DNA of 64,000 nucleotides from a virus: IMG/VR virus record IMGVR_UViG_3300047323_000675; one strand, 5' to 3'. Shown piece by piece: positions 19,605 to 29,669 of this stretch (position 1 is its first letter; each line of letters starts with the position of its first letter). The notes under the pieces were generated by a model. It saw only the letters and a program-made list of their open reading frames with translations, ran no database searches and was not told where the DNA came from. The position numbers and the translations under genes were made by a program.

Positions 19605-20036
19605 TTATAGTTTTGCTTTCTTAATTTTACTTTTATCTTCCGTAGAAAGAGTGATTCCAAGTTCATCTTTTAATAATCTTTTTTCTAATGCTTGATTAAC
19701 TTGATCAATAAAGAAGACCTTTTTTTCTTCGCCATAATGTTTGTACCAACCTCTAGCAGTTTCTAGATGCTCAACAATAAATTCAGTTCTTTCTATATTC
19801 ATATCAAATATAAAGAAATTTAAAATCTCCATATTTCTTTTCCTGCATAAGATTCTAAAAGCTTCATCTTCATCATAATGAATATCAACATAATCCTGTA
19901 AGTATGGCGAAGTTAAAAGTAATTTTACATCCTCAATTCTTTCTTCTTCTACAGCTTTAAGAAATTCTCTATTTAATTGCTCAGGAGTTAATCCCTTACA
20001 ATAACTTTTGAATAATTTCGGCATTTGTTTAACCAT
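19605..20036 (-). CDS. Ankyrin-like single-repeat protein (array family)
   Basis: LLTSPYL..VDIHYDEDEAFRILC; tail IKKAKL. Confidence 0.85.
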   Translation of the reverse strand: MVKQMPKLFKSYCKGLTPEQLNREFLKAVEEERIEDVKLLLTSPYLQDYVDIHYDEDEAFRILCRKRNMEILNFFIFDMNIERTEFIVEHLETARGWYKHYGEEKKVFFIDQVNQALEKRLLKDELGITLSTEDKSKIKKAKL

Positions 20037-20938
20037 TATAATTTCACCTTAACTTTATCTAATCTGTTATCATGTAATTCAGTTTCTAATTCTTTATTTA
20101 AATCTCTCATTTGAAAAATTGAGTTCACTTTTGCACAAAAACTAGCTGTTTCATGAATAAAATAATCGCTAGAAAGATATTCTTCTATGTGTTTACTTTT
20201 TTCTATATTTAATTCACAAATCATATACTCTACTATGTTAAGTTTATGATATCCACAAGCTTGAATAAAAGCTCTATCTCCCATTGAGTGTAGATTTGCA
20301 TGTTTTCTTAGTTCTTTAGAGTGTAATAAATACTTTACTATATCTAAATGACCATTTTGGCATGCAGATATAAACCCCCTATCATTTTGCATATTAACAT
20401 CTAAATTCTCTTTTAGTTCAGAAGATGTTAACAAATACTTTACTATATCTAAATGACCATTTTGGCATGCATAAATAAATATATTATCATCCGCTTTTGC
20501 ATGTTCTTTTAATTTAGGAGATGTTAAAAGAAATCTTATAATATTTAAATGCCCATATTCACAAGCTTTAGTTACTAATTTATCAGTTAAAATAGCATGG
20601 TTAGTTAATTCTGAAGATGTTAATAAATATTCAAGAATATCTAAATGACCAAGTTTACAGCACTGAATTAAAGGTATGTCAGAACAACTATTTATAGCTA
20701 TATGGGTTTTTAATTTCGGTGAAGTAAGCAAATATTTTACTAATTCAAGATTACCACTAATACAAGCTTTAACAAGAATCCAACCTTTATCAGTTTCAAT
20801 ATGAGGATTAAATTTTAAATCAGGGGATGTTAACAAATAATGCACTTTCTCAATATCACCTTGCTCAGCAAAAGATAAAAGAAGCATTCCTAATTCATTA
20901 AAGTTTTTATTTTTTATATCTTCTTGAAACATTTTCAT
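20036..20938 (-). CDS. Ankyrin-like repeat protein (array family, ~7 repeats)
   Basis: Repeated ACQNGHLDIVKYLL; tail KVKVKL. Confidence 0.9.
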   Translation of the reverse strand: MKMFQEDIKNKNFNELGMLLLSFAEQGDIEKVHYLLTSPDLKFNPHIETDKGWILVKACISGNLELVKYLLTSPKLKTHIAINSCSDIPLIQCCKLGHLDILEYLLTSSELTNHAILTDKLVTKACEYGHLNIIRFLLTSPKLKEHAKADDNIFIYACQNGHLDIVKYLLTSSELKENLDVNMQNDRGFISACQNGHLDIVKYLLHSKELRKHANLHSMGDRAFIQACGYHKLNIVEYMICELNIEKSKHIEEYLSSDYFIHETASFCAKVNSIFQMRDLNKELETELHDNRLDKVKVKL

Positions 20939-21741
20939 ATTTTTGTTTTTTTATTATTTTTATTACTAGGATTAAGCTGTTCATTAAGTTCTTTATTTAA
21001 TTCTCTTGCAGTAAACATGCCTTCTAAATTTCTAGCGAATGGCTCCTGATATTGCCACAACAAATCCATTGTATCTTTATTTCTAGGTATATTAAAATCA
21101 ATAATAAGATATTGTGCTATTTCTAAACTTTCGTTCCAGCGTGATGAAAACAAAGCTGCATTGAGATCTGCTATTTCTTTAAAATTAGTATTTGTTAAAA
21201 GAAAGCGAACAATTTCTAAATGACCGTTCTCACATGCAAGATTTAAAATATCTTTACTATTTTCATTAATATCATATTCTTTTAAATATTCTGAATTAAA
21301 TAAATACTTTATAACATCAATACTTCCATTCTCACAAGCTAGAGATATTCCCCAGTAATCATTCTCGCTAATAGAAGCATGTTCTTTCAAATCAGGTGAT
21401 GTAAGTAAGTATTCTACAATATTGGCGTGTCCATATTTACAAGCAATCTGTAAACCTGTATCATCTCCTCTATTTCTAGAGTAAATACTTTGGTGGTATT
21501 TTAATTCGGGAGATGTTAATAAATACTTTACAAGATCTAGCCAACCATACTTACATGCATATAAATAACCATTATAATCAGATTCACTATCAGTAACATC
21601 AATATTTGCATGATCTGACAACTCAGGAGAAGTTAAAAGATATCTTACTTTTTCCAAATCACCATCAATACATGCTTTTAAAAATGCATTATTTTTTTGA
21701 TAATGGGTTGTATCTTTAAATTCTTCGTAAAAACTATTCAT
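20935..21741 (-). CDS. Ankyrin-like repeat protein (array family)
   Basis: ACIDGDL/ACKYGHA/ACENGHL; tail NKKTKI. Confidence 0.9.
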   Translation of the reverse strand: MNSFYEEFKDTTHYQKNNAFLKACIDGDLEKVRYLLTSPELSDHANIDVTDSESDYNGYLYACKYGWLDLVKYLLTSPELKYHQSIYSRNRGDDTGLQIACKYGHANIVEYLLTSPDLKEHASISENDYWGISLACENGSIDVIKYLFNSEYLKEYDINENSKDILNLACENGHLEIVRFLLTNTNFKEIADLNAALFSSRWNESLEIAQYLIIDFNIPRNKDTMDLLWQYQEPFARNLEGMFTARELNKELNEQLNPSNKNNKKTKI

Positions 21742-21809
21742 GAGGAAATATTTTAATTATACTTAATTATATTAAATTATTATTATCTTTCCAAACTATT
21801 AGAGTATTT

Positions 21810-22427
21810 TCATAATTTTATTTTATTATTTATTTTTGTTGGGTTGTGCTTTAATTCTTTTTCAAGCTCATTTTGTATTTTTTTATTTTCAAACCAATTA
21901 TTTATTTCTTCAACTGAAAAATCTAAATGATATTCTTGGAGATATTTTTCAATCTCACTAGTTTTTTGCATATTTAATTCAAAAATAAAATATTTAATCA
22001 TATCAAGATAACCTCTTTTACAACATATTTTGAATACTTCATCATCTTGAGAATGAATATCAGCATGTTCTTTTAAATTAGGTGAAGATAATAAATATTT
22101 AACAATATCCATATGCTCATTTTCACATGCCCATCGAAAAGCATATCCATCACGAGCATTAGGGCTAATATGATCTTTTAAAAATGGAGATGTTAAGAGA
22201 AACTCGACTAATTTAAAATCTCCATTTGTGCAAGCCCAAACTAATGCATAATCATTACAATGATGTATATCTGCATTAAGTTTTAATTCGGGCGAAGTTA
22301 AAAGATATATAACTTTTTCAAATCCTGTTTTGTATTGAAAAGAAGCAAAAATGAATTCATCATTAATTTCTTTTTGATTTAAATCTTTAAATCTATCGTA
22401 TAAAGATATCTCTGTATTATTTTCCAT
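21810..22427 (-). CDS. Ankyrin-like repeat protein (array family)
   Basis: ACTNGDF/ACENEHM; tail NNKIKL. Confidence 0.9.
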   Translation of the reverse strand: MENNTEISLYDRFKDLNQKEINDEFIFASFQYKTGFEKVIYLLTSPELKLNADIHHCNDYALVWACTNGDFKLVEFLLTSPFLKDHISPNARDGYAFRWACENEHMDIVKYLLSSPNLKEHADIHSQDDEVFKICCKRGYLDMIKYFIFELNMQKTSEIEKYLQEYHLDFSVEEINNWFENKKIQNELEKELKHNPTKINNKIKL

Positions 22428-22432
22428 ATTAT

Positions 22433-22717
22433 TTAGATTTTAGGTTTCTTTTCCATAGAGTTATTAATTGGTAAATCCTTATTTAACGATTTATTTAATT
22501 CCCTTTGCTCAAATAATTGTTTTACAATATTAAGCTGTTCATCAGAACAAAATGCAAAATAAGCTTCAGTAGCTTTATTATATTCGTAATTCTCTTCAAA
22601 GATCATCTTTTTAATAGTATCTAAATCATTTGCTTGACAAGCAGTAAGAAAACGAACAGTATCTAATTGATCTTTATTATGATAAAGTTTTGTTGATCTT
22701 GATTCATTATTACTCAT
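22433..22717 (-). CDS. Minimal array-family protein (one helix pair plus C-cap and tag)
   Basis: FLTACQANDL...LFEQRELNKSLNKDLPINNSMEKKPKI; GGAG SD. Confidence 0.75.
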   Translation of the reverse strand: MSNNESRSTKLYHNKDQLDTVRFLTACQANDLDTIKKMIFEENYEYNKATEAYFAFCSDEQLNIVKQLFEQRELNKSLNKDLPINNSMEKKPKI

Positions 22718-22771
22718 TTTTTACTCCAGATAATTTAGAAAATAAATTGTATTATAACTTATTTATTTTAT

Positions 22772-23560
22772 TTACAACTTAATTTTTTTTAAATTAACAA
22801 TATGATATTCTAATAATTCAGAGTTAAGTTCCTTGTTAAGTTTCCGCATTTCAAACATATTTTTAATTTCTGTTCCAAATTCTCTATTATTTAAATATTC
22901 TTTAATATGCTCAGTAAATTCAATATTGAGTTCAAAAATAAAATATTGAATGACATCTATATGTCCTTCATCACAAGTTACTTTAAAAATACTATCATTG
23001 TCTGCATGAATATTAGATTTTTCCTTTAAATCATCAGAGGTTAAAAAAAACTTAATTAAATCTAAATAACCATGATAACAAGCATTGTTTAAAGCTTTAT
23101 CATTTTTAGCATGAATATTTGCATGCTCTTTTAATTGTTCAGATGTTAATAAATATTTGACAGACTCTAGTAAACCATGTCCACAACAAGCACGAAGAGC
23201 AAAATCATCATCAATATGAATATTTATATTTTCTTTTAATTCTGATGAAGTTAGTAAATAATGAACAATATTTAAATGTCTTCCAAGTGCAGCACTTACT
23301 AAAGCATTACCGTTATCTGCATTTATATTAGCATGTTCTTTAAGTTCAGTTGAAGTTAGTAGATACTTTACTATCTCTAAATGACCATATTGACATGCCT
23401 CATTTAAGCCTTTATCAGAATTGTAATGAATATCAGCATGCTGAGTAAGTTCAGGTGATGTAAGGAAATATTTAATTTTTTCAAGATTTCCATTTCTACA
23501 TGCTTCAATAAACTGAACATTTAAATAAATATCTTGGTGATCAGAAAATAAATCACTCAT
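22772..23560 (-). CDS. Ankyrin-like repeat protein (array family)
   Basis: Regular 35-aa repeats (EACRNG to EACQYG = 35 aa); tail LKKIKL. Confidence 0.92.
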   Translation of the reverse strand: MSDLFSDHQDIYLNVQFIEACRNGNLEKIKYFLTSPELTQHADIHYNSDKGLNEACQYGHLEIVKYLLTSTELKEHANINADNGNALVSAALGRHLNIVHYLLTSSELKENINIHIDDDFALRACCGHGLLESVKYLLTSEQLKEHANIHAKNDKALNNACYHGYLDLIKFFLTSDDLKEKSNIHADNDSIFKVTCDEGHIDVIQYFIFELNIEFTEHIKEYLNNREFGTEIKNMFEMRKLNKELNSELLEYHIVNLKKIKL

Positions 23561-24129
23561 AACTTTAATCTCTTTTGATCAGAGCTAGTATTACGAAGTT
23601 CTTTATTTAATTTATCATTAAATTTACGAATATCCCAATATTTAGTAATTTCTTCTTTTCCTTTCATATATTTATTTATATGCCATGTTTTTTCAATATT
23701 CATATCAAATATGAGTAATCTTGCTAATTCTAGATTAGAATGTTCACATGCAATTTGAAATGCTCTATCTTTTTGCGCATGAATATCAGCATGTTCTTTT
23801 AATTCTGGAGAAGATAATAAATATTTCACAACATTTAATTTATTGCGCCAACATGCATTTAAAAAACCCATATTATCATTAGTCTTAATATTTGTATGTG
23901 TTTTAAGTTCAGGTGAGGTTAAAAAATATTTTACAATATCTAAATGACCATTGGAACAAGCCAAAAGAAATCCACCATCATTTTGAGCATGAATATCAAC
24001 ATTAAACTGTAATTCTTTTGAATGAAGTAAATATTTTATTTCATTTAAGTCTCCATCAACACAAGATTTGATAAATCTTTCTTCAAAAGGTTTAATTATT
24101 TGTGCTTTATATTTATCGTAAATATGCAT
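23557..24129 (-). CDS. Ankyrin-like repeat protein (array family)
   Basis: ACSNGHL/ACWRNKL; tail QKRLKL. Confidence 0.9.
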   Translation of the reverse strand: MHIYDKYKAQIIKPFEERFIKSCVDGDLNEIKYLLHSKELQFNVDIHAQNDGGFLLACSNGHLDIVKYFLTSPELKTHTNIKTNDNMGFLNACWRNKLNVVKYLLSSPELKEHADIHAQKDRAFQIACEHSNLELARLLIFDMNIEKTWHINKYMKGKEEITKYWDIRKFNDKLNKELRNTSSDQKRLKL

Positions 24130-24131
24130 GA

Positions 24132-24923
24132 TTAAATCTTTATTTTTTTAATTGTTAATAATTTATTATCGCTAGATATTATTTCTGAATTTAGTTCATT
24201 AAATGATTTTTTTGATTCAAACCATTTATTTACTTCCTCACCTTTATATCTTTCAATATAAGTATTGATTGTATCATTTTTCTCTAAATCCATTGAAAAT
24301 ATAAGATAATGAATAATATCATAATGTTTATTAATGATTGCTTGTTTAAATAAATCATCATTATTATAATGTATATTTAATTCTTTTTCAGAATATACCG
24401 AAGAAACTAAATATTTAAAAGTTTCTAAATGTCCATTTTTACATGCCATTATCAAAGCTTCATTCCTATCATCAACTTTAGCATGCTCCTGCAATTCAGA
24501 AGATGTTAATAAATATTTAACTATTTCTGTATGTCCGTAAGAAGAAGCTGCAATTAAGGCCGAATCATTTTCTGCATTTATTTTTGCATGCTCTTTTAGT
24601 TCAGGTGATGTAAGTAAATATTTAATAATATGTAAATGTCCATGTGCGCAAGCTGCCCTTAATCCATGATAATTACAGGCTGAAATATCTGCATGTTCCG
24701 TTAAGTCGGTAGATGTTAACAAATACCTACAACTATCTAAATTTCCACAAATACATGAAACTCTAAATAGGAAGTCATCATCAGCGTGAATTTTTACACG
24801 ACCATCAAAATCAGGAGAGGTTAATAAATATTTTATTTTATTCAAATCTCCTTTTTTACAAGCTTCTACAAGTTGTTCATTTAATTCTTCTACAGATAAA
24901 TATAAATTTTCATTATTTTTCAT
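24132..24923 (-). CDS. Ankyrin-like repeat protein (array family)
   Basis: ACKKGDL/ACAHGHL/ACKNGHL; tail IKKIKI. Confidence 0.9.
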   Translation of the reverse strand: MKNNENLYLSVEELNEQLVEACKKGDLNKIKYLLTSPDFDGRVKIHADDDFLFRVSCICGNLDSCRYLLTSTDLTEHADISACNYHGLRAACAHGHLHIIKYLLTSPELKEHAKINAENDSALIAASSYGHTEIVKYLLTSSELQEHAKVDDRNEALIMACKNGHLETFKYLVSSVYSEKELNIHYNNDDLFKQAIINKHYDIIHYLIFSMDLEKNDTINTYIERYKGEEVNKWFESKKSFNELNSEIISSDNKLLTIKKIKI

Positions 24924-25426
24924 ATTTTATTTAATTTATGCTTTTTATTATTAATATTTAAGTCTTTTCTTAATGATTTTTCTAATTCTCTTTTCGCAAA
25001 CAATTTTTCAACAGTTATTTTAAAATCAATTTGAGCATTGGCTTGTGAATCATCTATTACTGAAAAAAAATGTTTTATGTTTTTATTTTTTGATATGCCA
25101 CAATCAAAAATTAAATATTCAATCATTTCTAATCGTTTATATACAAAAGCAGTTGTAAATAATTTATCCTTATAAGCATGAATATTTATATGATCTTTTA
25201 TTTTAGGAGATGAGACTAAAAACTTCATTAATTCTATATGGTTATGAGAACAAACTAGATTTGTAATTAAATCATTAGAAATATGTATATCCGCTATTCT
25301 TATTAGATTAGGTGATGTAAGAAGATACTCTACTTTAGCTAAATCACCAGCTTCACATGCATTAAGAAGTTCAACATCTATTTGCTTAGTGGTGTAATTA
25401 TTAAAAAATTTATCAAAATCATTCAT
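24920..25426 (-). CDS. Ankyrin-like repeat protein (array family)
   Basis: ACEAGDL..LLTSPNL; tail HKLNKI. Confidence 0.88.
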   Translation of the reverse strand: MNDFDKFFNNYTTKQIDVELLNACEAGDLAKVEYLLTSPNLIRIADIHISNDLITNLVCSHNHIELMKFLVSSPKIKDHINIHAYKDKLFTTAFVYKRLEMIEYLIFDCGISKNKNIKHFFSVIDDSQANAQIDFKITVEKLFAKRELEKSLRKDLNINNKKHKLNKI

Positions 25427-25935
25427 AATTTAGGCTTTTTTTCTTTATGATTGCTACCATGAGCATTTAACTGTTTTTCTAATTCTTTTGTTTCAAAAAT
25501 ATTAATTATATTTTGAAATGTATCTTTATGATGTTTAAAAATATTTATTGGTTGATAATTGAGATTTGGCGAATCAAGAAAAAATTTAATTTCATCATTA
25601 AATTCTATTTTTTCGTTAAATATTAAATACTGAATAATATCTAATCTGTTATAAAAACAAGCTGATTTAAATCCATCTTCTATATTTTTATGTTTAATAT
25701 GATCACTAAATTCAGGAGTATGAAGAAAATATTTAACAATATGAAAATGATTATTGGCACAAGCATAATCAAAAATTTCATTAAATTCGCCATTTAAATT
25801 AGAATGAATTTTTAATTTAAAACAAGTAATCAAATACTTTACCTCATCAATGTTTCCAGAAATACAGGAATCAATGACTGCTTCATCTAATTGGTCAGGA
25901 GACATATTGTTAAATTTTTTATATAATTCAGACAT
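25423..25935 (-). CDS. Ankyrin-like repeat protein (array family)
   Basis: SCISGNI/ACANNHF; tail EKKPKL. Confidence 0.88.
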   Translation of the reverse strand: MSELYKKFNNMSPDQLDEAVIDSCISGNIDEVKYLITCFKLKIHSNLNGEFNEIFDYACANNHFHIVKYFLHTPEFSDHIKHKNIEDGFKSACFYNRLDIIQYLIFNEKIEFNDEIKFFLDSPNLNYQPINIFKHHKDTFQNIINIFETKELEKQLNAHGSNHKEKKPKL

Positions 25936-26038
25936 AATTTTAAAAGTTTAGGTAATTAAATATAAAAAATAAGAGATAATATATTCATTAATTAATATTA
26001 ACAAATATAATTATCTCTTTCAATGAAAGTAGGATTAA

Positions 26039-26593
26039 TTATCTAGGAATGCATGAACAAGGCCAACTAAACCAATAAACATCATTAGGAATACCAGTCA
26101 TAATTAAATATTGGAAACCTTCTCCATACATAAGTGGATCATCCTCTTTTTTGAATCTAGCTTCCGCTTCCTCTAAAGAGGAAAAACTTCCAATATATTC
26201 ATTCCAGGGAGTAGTGCTATTAGTTAATTCACTACGGTAAATAGAATACATGCCAACAGGAGGTGCTGGAGGAACAACAGTTCTATTAGGTGCTACAGCA
26301 TGGGTATAAGGGTCAGATGGCTGTGTTGGACTCACTATAGGTGGTATTGGATTATCTATTACTGGTGGTGTTGGGTCAACAGGCATAGGATCAGGAATGA
26401 CTATTGGCTCAAGTGGAGGAGGAGGTTGGGGAATTTCAACAGGAGTAGTCCCAACAGATGGTTCAGAAGGAATAGGGTTTTGATTTGGTGGAACAGTTTC
26501 AACAGGATTGGTAGTAGATGATTGTGTATCACCACCGCCACCACCACAAGAAATCAATGATAAACAAAAGATACAAGCTAATACATGTTTCAA
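26039..26593 (-). CDS. Proline-rich lipoprotein, hypothetical
   Basis: TTG start with GGAG SD; signal peptide with lipobox LISC followed by GGGGG; long Pro/Thr linker; no array tail. Confidence 0.8.
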   Translation of the reverse strand: MKHVLACIFCLSLISCGGGGGDTQSSTTNPVETVPPNQNPIPSEPSVGTTPVEIPQPPPPLEPIVIPDPMPVDPTPPVIDNPIPPIVSPTQPSDPYTHAVAPNRTVVPPAPPVGMYSIYRSELTNSTTPWNEYIGSFSSLEEAEARFKKEDDPLMYGEGFQYLIMTGIPNDVYWFSWPCSCIPR

Positions 26594-26670
26594 AATAAAA
26601 TCTCCATAATAGGAGAATATTTTATTATTTATTTTTAAAATAAGAAATGTTTTATTTGCAACATTATAAA

Positions 26671-27390
26671 TTATATTTTAATTTTTTTTCTTTCACTACC
26701 AATATTATGTTTTAACTCATTATTTAAATCTTGACTCAAATTCCTAACTTCAAACATATGTTTAATATGGATAAGATAAGGATCGTTTTGTTTATGCAGT
26801 TGAGGATTATTTAGGAACTCAGTTATATCTTTGGTTGCTTCTAATTTTCTATCAAATATTAAATACTCCAAAAATTCATCTTTTCGATTATTATATGCTT
26901 GTATAAACAAAATATCTTTGTTTGTATGAAGATCCATCTTGTCTTTAAATAAAGCTGAATTAATGAAGAAATTTATACTATCAAAGTGTAACATTTGTGC
27001 CAAGTTATCTAGAACTTTATTCTCTTTATTATTAGATATATGGTTTTTGATAGTATTTGGTAAGGTTAAAAGATACTTAATCAAATCTATTTGATTGTTT
27101 ATTGATGCCCATTCTAAAGAACGATCAAGTGAGACTTCTGGTTGTTGAAATTGTTGAGTATTTTCAGATGTTAATAAATAATTCATAATATCAACTCGTC
27201 CATACATTGATGCACTGCTTAAAATAGATTGAATAGGTAAAGGGTTTATTCTAAGTGTTTTCTTTTTAAATAGTTTATCTATTTTTTTTAAATCCCCATT
27301 CTGACAAGCAGCCATTACAATATTTAAGTCATCTTTTGTAAATGACTTAAATTGAGAAAAGATAGACTTAAAAGCTTTAAAAAGTTTCAT
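26671..27390 (-). CDS. Ankyrin-like repeat protein (array family)
   Basis: ACQNGDL/ASMYGRV/ASINNQI; tail RKKIKI. Confidence 0.88.
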   Translation of the reverse strand: MKLFKAFKSIFSQFKSFTKDDLNIVMAACQNGDLKKIDKLFKKKTLRINPLPIQSILSSASMYGRVDIMNYLLTSENTQQFQQPEVSLDRSLEWASINNQIDLIKYLLTLPNTIKNHISNNKENKVLDNLAQMLHFDSINFFINSALFKDKMDLHTNKDILFIQAYNNRKDEFLEYLIFDRKLEATKDITEFLNNPQLHKQNDPYLIHIKHMFEVRNLSQDLNNELKHNIGSERKKIKI

Positions 27391-27884
27391 ATTTTTATTT
27401 TATTATTATCTACTGAATTTATTTCAGAATTTAATTCACTTTCTAATGAGGATTTTAAATTACGCATTTCAAATATATGTAGAACATAAGCACAAAAAGG
27501 AGTTTTTTTACTTTTAAAATAATTTTCCATATTTTCATTTTTTTCTATTTTAAATTCATTAACAAGATATTCTACAATATGAAGATGCTGCGAATTACAA
27601 ACGGCTCTAAAACATCTGTTTTTATTAGAGTAGATGTCAGCATGTTTTTTTAATTCAGAAGAGGTTAATAAATATTTTACTATTTCTAAGTTTCCTGACT
27701 GGCAAGCTAAATAAATTGGGTTATTGTTGTGAACATGAATATCTATATGTTTGTTAAGTTCAGTAGATGTTAATAAATAACGAACATCATCTAAAAAACC
27801 ATTTATACATGCAGTTTCTAATGCATTGTGTAATTCTCTATGATCTAAATTTTTAAATTTTTCATATAAAATCTTATGGGTCAT
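27387..27884 (-). CDS. Ankyrin-like repeat protein (array family)
   Basis: ACINGFL/ACQSGNL; tail NNKIKI. Confidence 0.9.
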   Translation of the reverse strand: MTHKILYEKFKNLDHRELHNALETACINGFLDDVRYLLTSTELNKHIDIHVHNNNPIYLACQSGNLEIVKYLLTSSELKKHADIYSNKNRCFRAVCNSQHLHIVEYLVNEFKIEKNENMENYFKSKKTPFCAYVLHIFEMRNLKSSLESELNSEINSVDNNKIKI

Positions 27885-28600
27885 ACTTTCACTTTCTTTT
27901 TAGATTCTATTACTTCATTTTGTTTAGAAGATTCAAGCTCCCGATTTAATTCTCTTGATTGAAACATGCTTTCTGTAACTTTAGAAAAATTTCTTTTATG
28001 ATTTTTAAGAACTAAATCAATTTCACTACTTTTCTCTATGTCCATTTCAAAAATAAGATATTTTAATATTTCTGCTTGTTCTGTTTCCAAACAGCCTTTT
28101 ACAGCTTTAGCTAAACTTTTAGGTAGATGTGTTTTTTCTTTAATTCTATTATCATTTAAAAACCATTTTACTAAATCAAAGCTTCCATTATAACAAGCGG
28201 AATATATTGCTTCACAATCATCACCATTAATATTTGCATGTTCTTTTAAATCTGGAGAAAACAACAAATAATCTATTATTTCCATATGTTCATAATTAAC
28301 AACTAGATTGATTGCACAATCATCCTTAGCATGAATATCAACATGCTCGTTGATTTCAGTGGAAGTTAGTAAATACTTTACAATATTAATATTTCCTCGT
28401 TCACATGCGTCAAAAAAGCCTTGATAGTTGTTATAACTCACTTTAGCATGTTTTTTTAAATCGGAGGAAGTTAATAGATATTTCACTTTTTCTAAATCCC
28501 CATTAATACAAGCACGAATAAAAAGAAGACTTAAAAGGCTTATTGCTTCTTCCTTTTGGCTATCTCTTTCTACTTGTTTAATAAATTTTTCATCTATCAT
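27881..28600 (-). CDS. Ankyrin-like repeat protein (array family)
   Basis: ACINGDL/ACERGNI/ACYNGSF; tail KKKVKV. Confidence 0.9.
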   Translation of the reverse strand: MIDEKFIKQVERDSQKEEAISLLSLLFIRACINGDLEKVKYLLTSSDLKKHAKVSYNNYQGFFDACERGNINIVKYLLTSTEINEHVDIHAKDDCAINLVVNYEHMEIIDYLLFSPDLKEHANINGDDCEAIYSACYNGSFDLVKWFLNDNRIKEKTHLPKSLAKAVKGCLETEQAEILKYLIFEMDIEKSSEIDLVLKNHKRNFSKVTESMFQSRELNRELESSKQNEVIESKKKVKV

Positions 28601-29076
28601 AATTTAGGTTTTTTTATATTTTGGCTATCTGTAGTCAATTCATTGTTTAAATCTTTATTTACTTCGCGTAAGATGAACATATTTTTAATAGTTTCATTAA
28701 AGCTCTGACTAGATGTATTCAAATATTCTTTTATTGCAGGAGTTTCTTCTATATTATACTCAAAAATAAGGTATTGAAGCACTTCTGTGCTTCCACCATT
28801 ACATGCATCTTTAAATGCTTGCTGTTCATTTTCGTAAATATTTGCATGTTCTTTTAAATTAGGTGAACTAAGAAAATATTTAACCATTTCAGGAAAGTTT
28901 GAGTTACAAGCAATACGCAGAGGCTCATTATCTGCTGTTAAGCTTGGGTGATACATTAATTCGGGTGAAGTTAGAAGATATTTAACGGCCTCCAAATTAT
29001 TATTTGAACATGCCAACATAAAAAACATGTCTAGGTCCTCATTAGATGCATCTTTATATTGCTCAATAAAATTCAT
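28597..29076 (-). CDS. Ankyrin-like repeat protein (array family)
   Basis: ACSNNNL..LLTSPEL; tail IKKPKL. Confidence 0.9.
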   Translation of the reverse strand: MNFIEQYKDASNEDLDMFFMLACSNNNLEAVKYLLTSPELMYHPSLTADNEPLRIACNSNFPEMVKYFLSSPNLKEHANIYENEQQAFKDACNGGSTEVLQYLIFEYNIEETPAIKEYLNTSSQSFNETIKNMFILREVNKDLNNELTTDSQNIKKPKL

Positions 29077-29669
29077 ATTTTCATTTTTCTTGTATTTTCT
29101 GTTTCAGTAGATAACTCTTTTTCTAAGTTTTCACCTAATTCTCTTAATGAAAATAGATGATTAACTTGTTCTATAAAGCTTTTATCATTATCTTTTTCGT
29201 TTAAATAATTCTTGATATGTATTGTTTTATTTATTTGCATATCAAAAATAAAGTATTGGATAATATCTAAATGATGATTCTTACATGCTAATATAAACCC
29301 ATCATCATGATATTCTATGTCAATATGTTGCTTTAGAATAGGTGCCGACAAAAGGAATTTTACCATATCTAAATTACCATCAACACAGCATTGTAAAAGA
29401 ACACTACCATGAGAAACATTTATATCCGCATGTTCTTTCAAGTTTGTTGAGGATAGAAGGTATTTTACTAAATCATAATGTTTTCCATCAAAAGCATATA
29501 TTAATCCTTGATCCCCTCTAGTATGAATATCAGCATGCACTTTAAGATCAGGAGAAGTTAATATATAAGATACCTCTTCTAAATTACCGCTTAAACAAAG
29601 TAAAGTAAATCTAAGATTTAAAACTTTTCGGCTTAAATCTTTATATTTTTCGTAAAGTTCTTTGTTCAT
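29073..29669 (-). CDS. Ankyrin-like repeat protein (array family)
   Basis: LTSPDLKVHADIH/ACKNHHL; tail TRKMKI. Confidence 0.9.
   Translation of the reverse strand: MNKELYEKYKDLSRKVLNLRFTLLCLSGNLEEVSYILTSPDLKVHADIHTRGDQGLIYAFDGKHYDLVKYLLSSTNLKEHADINVSHGSVLLQCCVDGNLDMVKFLLSAPILKQHIDIEYHDDGFILACKNHHLDIIQYFIFDMQINKTIHIKNYLNEKDNDKSFIEQVNHLFSLRELGENLEKELSTETENTRKMKI

Noticed and set aside
19604-19666. N-terminal extension of ORF 19181..19666 and similar long starts (8106, 55998, 59006)
   Set aside because: Downstream ATGs fit SD position or the junction pattern and avoid overlaps.
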